From the IMG/VR virus record IMGVR_UViG_3300011444_000022, positions 1-24,459 of that record: 24,459 nucleotides of DNA. One strand, 5' to 3'. Below the pieces are notes generated by a model, which was not told where the DNA came from, did not search any database, and worked only from the letters and a program-made list of their open reading frames with translations. The first letter of the stretch is position 1; each line of letters begins with the position of its first letter. This stretch comes from a virus (taxonomy: Duplodnaviria > Caudoviricetes). The translations under genes were made by a program, and so were the position numbers. Below are positions 1 to 6,565 of the stretch, piece after piece.

Positions 1-2
1 AG

Positions 3-1163
3 CGTCCCGGCGTCCTTCACCCCGCTATTGACGCTCGTGGCCGTCCCGGCGAGCTGCGCCACGTTGGTGGAGGCGTTGGCCGGTGGCGTGGTTGTGACCG
101 TGCCGCTCACCGGCACAGGGGTCGCCCGGAGCTGGGTGTCGGTCAGCGGGGCGATCTCGGCCCCGGCCTGGTTCCGTAAGTTGACGTGCAGCCCCGAGAG
201 CGGCGTCATCCGGAGCGAGGCGGCGCTGTTCTCGGTCACCGTCCGAGTCCCGGTGTCATCCACGGTCGCCGCGGCAATGCCAACCGAGGTCGTCCCGAAC
301 GTGAACGCGGCATTGTCGCTGAAGGCCGCGGCGCCACCGCAACCGGCATCACACTGAATATGGAGATTCGAGCCGGTCGGCTGCACGACGGTGAAGTTGC
401 CGGTTCCAGCGTTGGCGGTCACGGTCCCGGATACGGGTTGTGTCGCCTGCCAGAAGGTGCCTGACACGGGCTGTGTGGCCTGCCAGAACGTCCCGGACAC
501 CGGGAGCGCGGTCGCCCTGATCTGCGTGTCCGTGAGCGGTCCGGATACCGGCTGAGTGGCCTGCCAGAAGGTGCCGCTGACCGGCTGCGTGGCTTGCCAG
601 AACGTGCCACTCACAGGTTGTGTCGCCTGGAAAAAGGTGCCCGTGACTGGCGTGGACGGCATCGACGCAATCGAGACAGGTTGGGTCGCCTGAAAAAACG
701 TCCCGCTGACCGGCTGTGTCGCCTGCCAGAACGTCCCGGTGACGGCCAGGGACGCATTCTTGACGTTCACGAAGGCGCCATTCGTCGCATCGCCCTTCCA
801 GCGGTCCCAGGTCGTCCCGTTGAAGAGCATCCCGAAGCTGGCGGTCTGCGGAATGGTGGGATTCGCGGTCGCATCCGACATCGCAACCGCGGCCGCCGTG
901 CCGCAGCCCGAGTCGCAGATGATGTGTTGCGGGGCGAGGAAGTTGACCGCCCACGGGTCCATGCCGCTCGCGCCCTGATCGACCATACCGATCGTGACGT
1001 TGCCGCCCGCGCCCGCGCACGACTCAAAGGCGGTGCCGTCGATCGTGACGCACCGCACGGCAACCGCCGCGCCGGTGGCGGTATTGGTGACTTCCACCAC
1101 CTGTGCCGACACGCGCCCTGCCGAGGCGAGCAGCACGCCGATGAGTAATAGGCGTCGAATCAT
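3..1163 (-). CDS. Signal-peptide-bearing, repeat-rich fibre-like protein (3' partial, runs off window; absent from ORF track)
   Basis: Manual translation MIRRLLLIGVLLASAGRVSA-QVVEVTNT... is open to the window edge. ATG overlaps the upstream TGA (ATGA 1160-1163) and has GGAG upstream. Contains 7 GTF(W/F)QATQPVS repeats. Confidence 0.85.
   Translation of the reverse strand, partial: MIRRLLLIGVLLASAGRVSAQVVEVTNTATGAAVAVRCVTIDGTAFESCAGAGGNVTIGMVDQGASGMDPWAVNFLAPQHIICDSGCGTAAAVAMSDATANPTIPQTASFGMLFNGTTWDRWKGDATNGAFVNVKNASLAVTGTFWQATQPVSGTFFQATQPVSIASMPSTPVTGTFFQATQPVSGTFWQATQPVSGTFWQATQPVSGPLTDTQIRATALPVSGTFWQATQPVSGTFWQATQPVSGTVTANAGTGNFTVVQPTGSNLHIQCDAGCGGAAAFSDNAAFTFGTTSVGIAAATVDDTGTRTVTENSAASLRMTPLSGLHVNLRNQAGAEIAPLTDTQLRATPVPVSGTVTTTPPANASTNVAQLAGTATSVNSGVKDAGT
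424..742 (-). repeat. Coding 33-nt/11-aa repeats GTF(W/F)QATQPVS x7, interrupted
   Basis: Recurring (c)tgccagaa(c/g)gt / tgtgtcgcctg words on the + strand. Copies differ mostly at synonymous positions. Confidence 0.9.
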
Positions 1164-1465
1164 CTGCCGGCGTGTTCTCCCACAAGCTGCGCGGTGACCG
1201 CGTCAGGCGCCGTGGCTCCCCACTTCACGCCGTCCATCGTGACCCCGCCAAGCGGCACGAGTTGCGTCATGCGCGCCTGGAGGGGGTAGTCCTTCAACCG
1301 ATAGCCGCCCGTGCGATCCGTGACCGTCACGTATTGCGTGACGAGCGTGAGATTACAGAGCAGGAGATTCCGGGCCCGGATCACGTTCCTGGTCATTTCC
1401 TCCACGACGGCCGCCAGCGTCACGATCCCGCTGTCGTAATTGCCGTCGCCGAGGGTAATGGCCAC
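1160..1465 (-). CDS. Hypothetical phage protein (structural region)
   Basis: 101-aa ORF packed between neighbours, with its stop overlapping the next ATG. Confidence 0.7.
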   Translation of the reverse strand: MAITLGDGNYDSGIVTLAAVVEEMTRNVIRARNLLLCNLTLVTQYVTVTDRTGGYRLKDYPLQARMTQLVPLGGVTMDGVKWGATAPDAVTAQLVGEHAGR

Positions 1466-1468
1466 ACG

Positions 1469-1891
1469 TTAGGCCGGCTGTCGGGCTACGACGGTGCGGA
1501 CCTTCTCGGTCGTGGTCTGCAACGCGTCAAGGAGGGGTTGCGCCTTGGCGCAGGCGTCCGCGTGTCGCAGTCGCGCGACCCGAAGCGCCTCGTCGGCCTT
1601 CGCGAGCTCGGCGTCATAGGCGCTCGCCGCGGCGGTTCGAGCGGCCTCACACGCGCTCTGGGCGTGCGCGAGGCGTTTCTCCGCTGCGGCGATCACCGTG
1701 CTCCGGCGTTGGCTGGCCGCGCGCTGAACGTCGCGTTGGGCCTTCGCCTTCGCCGCCACGTCAGCCTCCGCGCGATCGACGGCCGCGACGGCCGGCCCGA
1801 GCTGCCCGATCACGTCGCCGAGTTTCGGCGGCGCGTCAGCCCGTGCCGCCGCCTTAGACGTCGTCGGGCGAGTCGACCCACTTCGGGCCAA
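1469..1891 (-). CDS. Ala-rich predicted coiled-coil protein
   Basis: Fills the gap on the coding strand with a helical Ala/Lys/Glu-rich sequence. Start codon uncertain. Confidence 0.6.
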   Translation of the reverse strand: MARSGSTRPTTSKAAARADAPPKLGDVIGQLGPAVAAVDRAEADVAAKAKAQRDVQRAASQRRSTVIAAAEKRLAHAQSACEAARTAAASAYDAELAKADEALRVARLRHADACAKAQPLLDALQTTTEKVRTVVARQPA

Positions 1892-2345
1892 GGGCAGCCT
1901 CCTCTTCCTCGTTGTAGACGCGCGTCACCTCCCATCCGTGCGGATGGCGATCAGAGATGGGCGCCTTGCGATACTTCGCCCGCGGCCAGTTCGGGTCGTG
2001 CACGCCTTCCCCGGCCTGCGTCATGGACACCTGTCGGCCGAGCGACACGGGCGCCGGCTTCAGGCGGTTCCCCACGCCCGACGCCTGCCGCATCTGCGCG
2101 CGAGAGCGGACCGGCACCACGCCCGATCGCGCCTTCCCCGCTGGCGCCGCTGGCGGTGGAGACGCAGCCGGCGTCAGCGACTCGTGATCCTTATCGCCGT
2201 CCCACCGGACCGCGGTGTTGTCCTCCGGCAGCGGAGGCGCGGGTTGCCGTGGCCGATGGAGTTTCCTCGGCAGGGGAACCATCGGCAGCGCCGGGTTGGG
2301 CGCAGTGTGCTTCGCGACGTGCTTCGCGGCTTTCTTCTTGGCCAT
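1854..2345 (-). CDS. Phage protein with basic/Pro-rich N-terminus and conserved-looking C-terminal domain
   Basis: AAAGGA SD upstream. The C-terminal WPRAKY...VYNEEEEAALGPKWVDSP resembles small proteins found downstream of P22-like coat genes (recalled). Confidence 0.7.
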   Translation of the reverse strand: MAKKKAAKHVAKHTAPNPALPMVPLPRKLHRPRQPAPPLPEDNTAVRWDGDKDHESLTPAASPPPAAPAGKARSGVVPVRSRAQMRQASGVGNRLKPAPVSLGRQVSMTQAGEGVHDPNWPRAKYRKAPISDRHPHGWEVTRVYNEEEEAALGPKWVDSPDDV

Positions 2346-2365
2346 GATGTGCAGTCCTTTCTCGA

Positions 2366-3175
2366 CTACTGAACCTTGATCACCGCGAAGTTGATGATGA
2401 TGGCGCCGGTTTCGGCCGTGCCCGCCGCCACGTTGTTGTCCGACACCCGGAGGGTGAATGAGCCGGCGGTGACGGTCGACACCGTCACGTCGGTGTTGCC
2501 GCTGTTACTGCCCGACCGGATGGAGGCTACGACGGTGTCGCCAATCGCCACCGACGCATCCGTGACGACGAAGGCCGCCGCCGCTTCCGCGGCCAGTGAG
2601 GTCGTGTCGGTCGTGATCGCGCCCGTGAGTCCCTGGCACGTCACGCCGGTGGCCCGGCTCGTGATTTGCGTCACGGCACACGACCGCTGGCCCAGCCCCA
2701 TATACGGGCCGGCCGTCCAGACGCCGTTGTAGCAGTAGAACGCCTTGCCGTTCTGCACATTCAGCACGGGATGGAACGCGGCGTTCTGGAGCGGGTCCGG
2801 TGGCGCCACCGAGCAGAGCCCCGCCTTGTCGTCGCGCGACATCTGCTGGTCGTTCGGCACGAAATAGACGATCGCGCCGCTCCGGTGGCCCGTGGCCGGG
2901 AGTCCGGGCGCGCGTCCACGCTGCACAGTGAGCGTGGTGCCGTTGATGGCGATGATCTTCATCACCTCGCGGTCCACGACCATCCAGCGTTCGTTGACGT
3001 TCGTCGACGCGGTAAAGCCGGTCGCGGACGTGATCGCCACCGTGGTGGCGGCGGCGTTGGCGACGGCCGCCGAGGTCGTCGTCGCGGTCAAAGCGGTCTG
3101 CGCGTGCAGGAGCGTCGGGAAGCCGAGCAGCACCAGCAGCAACAGCCCGCGGAGGAGTTTCGGCAGTCTGTTCAT
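2366..3175 (-). CDS. Putative head decoration/minor virion protein with signal peptide
   Basis: Directly after the coat gene. Preferred start MNRLPKLLRGLLLLVLLGFPTLLHA-QT (GGAG upstream; track start is 3211). The C-terminal VTQITSRATGVT...GAITT...AGSFT...INFAVIK resembles a recurrent phage structural domain. Confidence 0.75.
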   Translation of the reverse strand: MNRLPKLLRGLLLLVLLGFPTLLHAQTALTATTTSAAVANAAATTVAITSATGFTASTNVNERWMVVDREVMKIIAINGTTLTVQRGRAPGLPATGHRSGAIVYFVPNDQQMSRDDKAGLCSVAPPDPLQNAAFHPVLNVQNGKAFYCYNGVWTAGPYMGLGQRSCAVTQITSRATGVTCQGLTGAITTDTTSLAAEAAAAFVVTDASVAIGDTVVASIRSGSNSGNTDVTVSTVTAGSFTLRVSDNNVAAGTAETGAIIINFAVIKVQ

Positions 3176-3217
3176 GGTCCTCACATCTCCGTTGATGGTT
3201 GTGGTTGTCATTGCTGA

Positions 3218-4576
3218 TTACATGCAGACGCGGCAGGCGAGTTCCTGCCGAATCGCGCCCCAGCCGTGCGCCGTGTCGAGTCGCGCCGGGCTGACGTCGT
3301 TGATGATGTCGTGATCCTTGAGCATCCGGATCGAGACCCCGAGCTTCGCGTTCGAGATGCGCTCAGCGATCCAGAGTCCGCGGGGGAGCACGAGGTCCGC
3401 CATCACGCAGGCATACGCTTCCTTGTGATAGACGAGCCCCTGGCGCATCGAGATGTTGGCATACGCCGAGGCGTGGCCGAACGTCAGGATGGCGTCGTTG
3501 ACCGCCGGCACTTCGTCCACCGTGGCGAACGCGCCCGCGGGGATGAACGCCGGGGCCACGGTGATCGTGCCGGTGCCCGCGCCGTCACTCGGCGTGTCAC
3601 CCACAACCACGTAGTCCTTGTTGCGGTTCGTGGACTGGTGTGTGAGCGGATTGATGTCCTGCGCCGAGGCGAAGGCAATCGAGTCGCCGTCACGCCAATA
3701 CTGCGCAACGCTGGCGGTGGCGCCGGTGAAGGTGACCTGGTTCGCGCCGGGCGCCGGGGCCGCGGCGACGAGCGGCGTCGTGCCGAGCGCGCCGACCTTG
3801 TGCGTGGCGATATTCTCGTCCTCATACCACGCCTCGATGCCGAGCGCCGGCCCGCCGAACCGCCCTTTGCGGAAGTTCGCCGAGATCTGCGCGGACGGGT
3901 TGAAGAGCGCGAAGTTAGCCGAGGCCAGCTTCGTATGACCGTCCGCCGTCAGCACGGCGTTATACGGCCGCGGGACCGCCGCCTCGACGAGCTTGACCTT
4001 CGCCAAGCCGTAGACGTCATTCGCCGTCGCGCCGTTCGGCACCACGCCCGGCGTCCCGACGCACTTCGCGGTCTGCTTATACATGCGCGCCAGGCCGGTG
4101 TAGTCGATGTTGTTCACTAACTGATCGACCGCCGAGTTCCCGTAGCGCTCCATGTAGTCGTCGACAAACATCGTCGCCGCCCAAGAGTCATACTCGAACC
4201 CGATGTTGCTCTGGTCGGTGATCTGGAGCTGCACGGTCTGGTCGGTCAGCGGCGTCGGGTTCATCACCGCGCCGATGGTGACCTCGTAGCGCTGGGGCAG
4301 GCGGAGCGTGACGGTGTCACCCATCTTGACGCCCTTCTGCTTGTATTCGTCGTCGTAGTCGCGCATCACCGTGCCGGTGAAGACGCAATTGTTCGTCAGG
4401 CGGCGCGCCATCTTGCGCATCACCCACTGCGGGGTGGCGAAGGTGTTGCCGAGGAGCAGCCCCGTGCCGTGCAAACCGGCATGGAACAACAGGGTGAGCG
4501 CGTGATCGAGTGCGATCCCGATGGCCACGCCAATCAGGGCGAGCACTGTCACGCGGAGGTAGTCACGAAACGTCAT
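3218..4576 (-). CDS. Major capsid protein, P22 coat protein (gp5) family, with hydrophobic N-terminal extension
   Basis: Motifs RDYDDEY...KMGDTVTLRLP, GLVYHKEAYACVMADL and RLDTAHGWGAIRQE; located after the scaffold; GGGAG SD before ATG 4576. Confidence 0.92.
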   Translation of the reverse strand: MTFRDYLRVTVLALIGVAIGIALDHALTLLFHAGLHGTGLLLGNTFATPQWVMRKMARRLTNNCVFTGTVMRDYDDEYKQKGVKMGDTVTLRLPQRYEVTIGAVMNPTPLTDQTVQLQITDQSNIGFEYDSWAATMFVDDYMERYGNSAVDQLVNNIDYTGLARMYKQTAKCVGTPGVVPNGATANDVYGLAKVKLVEAAVPRPYNAVLTADGHTKLASANFALFNPSAQISANFRKGRFGGPALGIEAWYEDENIATHKVGALGTTPLVAAAPAPGANQVTFTGATASVAQYWRDGDSIAFASAQDINPLTHQSTNRNKDYVVVGDTPSDGAGTGTITVAPAFIPAGAFATVDEVPAVNDAILTFGHASAYANISMRQGLVYHKEAYACVMADLVLPRGLWIAERISNAKLGVSIRMLKDHDIINDVSPARLDTAHGWGAIRQELACRVCM

Positions 4577-4619
4577 GGCTCAGACTCCCGAGCCCGCGCA
4601 CCAGCGTGTGGAGTGGAGT
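4577..4619 (-). promoter_or_regulatory. RBS-sequestering hairpin and anti-SD repeats before the coat gene
   Basis: mRNA reads GGCUCGG-GAGU-CUGAGCC-AUG (7-bp stem with one GU). Upstream ACUCCACUCC is complementary to GGAGU. Confidence 0.45.
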
Positions 4620-4622
4620 GCT

Positions 4623-6056
4623 TTAGACGGCGACGCCGGCGTCTCTGAGACGCTCTTTGCGCTCGCGCTCATCTTCGGCCGCCATCCAGTCGTCAAACGA
4701 CTGTCCTGGGGCTGCACCACTCCCGCCGGTGTCTGTGCGGGCATCTGGCGATCCTGCCTGTGGCCGGGCAGAGGGTCGCGCTTTGGTGACAGGATGAACG
4801 ACCGCGCCTGGTCCACTTGGTGCAGGCTGGAGCCGTGTATGGAGGGCGCCGATCGCCTGCATCATGGCGACCGGGTGCATCCGCTTCAACGCCTCGAACT
4901 CCTCAGCACCGTCGTCAGTCGCGAAGTGCTCGAGCAGAGGGATGATGGAAGCAGACGGAGTGTGGACGAGCGCATCCCGTAAGGGACGAGTGGGCAGGAG
5001 ATCTGCGAGCCGCTGCGCGCGATCGAGATCTGCGCCAAGCCAGTAGAGAATTTCACCGCCGGCCTTGTCGCCGGCCATCAGACGTGAGCGGGTGAGGTCA
5101 TTCAGGAACGGCGTGCGTTCCTCGCCACACGTCTTCGGGTCATACCAAGCCGACGTGAGATCTTTGAGCGCCGCGGCCTTTTCGTTCCAGTCCGCCTTGC
5201 TGGTCCGGACGGCGTCGACCGTCTGACCCAGACGCGCGACGGCGGCGGTCTGTTGGGCGCGCTGCTCTTCGGTCGTGAACCGCGATTCGATGCCTTCGGA
5301 GAGCTCCTGGCGCATCGCATCCATGCGGCGCTGTTGCCACGCGGCGTGATCGGTGCGCCACTTGCCGGCGGCCTCTTCATACGCCTCGTCGGTGTCGAAG
5401 TCGCGATACTTCGGGTGCTCAGGCTCGGCGCCGGGCTCGATCTTCGCCTTGCCGTCCTTCCCCGTGGCGGACGTCGCCGCGGCGGCGGGCTTCACATCGG
5501 CCGCGCCCTGCCCGGCTTTCGCGTCACGGACCTGCCGCTGCACGTCCTCAAGCTCGCGTCTCGCCGCCGTCAGTTCGCGGCGGGCGCGATCGGTTTCTGC
5601 GGCTGTCGTGTGCTTGGTGTGGGTGAGGGTGTCGACTTCCCTCTTTAGTTCAGTGACACGTTGCGTGAGCGGCTTGTTCGGCTTCTTCCCGCCGGCGGCC
5701 GTCGTCGCGGCAGTCTGTTTCCCTTTGTCAGGTGACGCGGCGGGCTTATTGTGAGTTGGCTGCTGCCCTTCGGCCTTCTCGCGCGTATCGCCCGTCGCGT
5801 CTCCCTGATCGTTCAGCCCGGCGGTGCTCGCACTGACCTCACCCGTGTCGGCGACCGCGACAGCCTCGTCACCATCGACGTCACCCTCGGCCGCCACGTC
5901 CAGACCGGCTGTGGTGTCGCCTGGCGCTGGCGTGAACGCCACCGACGCGGATTCCACCGCGAAGTCGGCATCAGGCTCCTCGCCTCCCCCACCACCGCCA
6001 GCCGCATCAGCCGGGGCATAGAACAGTGTGGAGGCGAAGGCGGGCCAGAACTTCAT
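4623..6056 (-). CDS. Putative scaffolding protein
   Basis: Lies between portal and coat. Acidic disordered N-terminus, coiled coil, the P.Y.DFDTDEAYEEA..KW motif and C-terminal SFDDWMA..ER, typical of P22-like podophage scaffolds. Confidence 0.8.
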   Translation of the reverse strand: MKFWPAFASTLFYAPADAAGGGGGGEEPDADFAVESASVAFTPAPGDTTAGLDVAAEGDVDGDEAVAVADTGEVSASTAGLNDQGDATGDTREKAEGQQPTHNKPAASPDKGKQTAATTAAGGKKPNKPLTQRVTELKREVDTLTHTKHTTAAETDRARRELTAARRELEDVQRQVRDAKAGQGAADVKPAAAATSATGKDGKAKIEPGAEPEHPKYRDFDTDEAYEEAAGKWRTDHAAWQQRRMDAMRQELSEGIESRFTTEEQRAQQTAAVARLGQTVDAVRTSKADWNEKAAALKDLTSAWYDPKTCGEERTPFLNDLTRSRLMAGDKAGGEILYWLGADLDRAQRLADLLPTRPLRDALVHTPSASIIPLLEHFATDDGAEEFEALKRMHPVAMMQAIGALHTRLQPAPSGPGAVVHPVTKARPSARPQAGSPDARTDTGGSGAAPGQSFDDWMAAEDERERKERLRDAGVAV

Positions 6057-6072
6057 AGATGGTGACTACTCC

Positions 6073-6119
6073 AAAAGAAAAAGGCGTAGTCCGGCGGCTG
6101 GTGCCACTGGTCTACGCCT
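6073..6119 (-). terminator. Intrinsic terminator-like hairpin immediately before the scaffold RBS
   Basis: AGGCGUAGACCAGUGGC-ACCA-GCCGCCGGACUACGCCU followed by UUUUCUUUU. Confidence 0.7.
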
Positions 6120-6168
6120 CGGGTTCAATCCTCGTAAGCGAGACGACTAAGAAATGATGTGTCGGCCG

Positions 6169-6197
6169 ATAATACGCCCGGATCACCCAAACTGCAA
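6169..6197 (-). promoter_or_regulatory. Sigma70-like promoter
   Basis: TTGCAG-17 nt-TATTAT in the largest intergenic gap of a GC-rich sequence. Confidence 0.65.
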
Positions 6198-6202
6198 TAG
6201 GC

Positions 6203-6565
6203 TCAGGTCCGAATAGGCCAACTGAACGTGCCGGGCTGGTCACCCACGTTTCGCGACGTCGCCCAGAACACATCGTTACCGTCAAGGAACACTTGACCGT
6301 TGACGGCGCTCTCTGCGGACGGTCCACACACGCGCACGATCAACATCGGGTAGGTATCACCCTCATTCACTTCGTTACCGATGTGCGCCTGTGCGCCAAT
6401 GGGCCACGCGGTGCCCTTTATCCGCTCGGCGATGCTCTTGCCTGTCGTTCGACGGCGGTTGATCTGTGTGGCGTCATCGGCGCTCAGTCGGTAGTGAACA
6501 ATGCGACCCATCGACGGAATCTCGCTCATCTGCGTCTCCTTGAAAAGCGTTCTGTTCCTACTCAC
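6203..6565 (-). CDS. Conserved hypothetical phage protein
   Basis: PSMGRIVHY...PMLIVRV...VNGQVFLDGND..W..S...PGTFSWP pattern, recalled from many phages. ATGA overlap with the portal stop; an alternative start lies at MSEIP. Confidence 0.8.
   Translation of the reverse strand: MSRNRTLFKETQMSEIPSMGRIVHYRLSADDATQINRRRTTGKSIAERIKGTAWPIGAQAHIGNEVNEGDTYPMLIVRVCGPSAESAVNGQVFLDGNDVFWATSRNVGDQPGTFSWPIRT

Noticed and set aside
424-742. 33-nt repeats as a CRISPR array or DGR template/variable pair
   Set aside because: Repeats are in-frame, mostly adjacent without unique spacers, and vary synonymously rather than at adenines. No cas or reverse transcriptase gene is in the window.
349-1020. Track ORF 349..1020 (-), 223 aa
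   Set aside because: Off-frame shadow of the real ORF 3..1163, which the track missed because it has no stop in the window.
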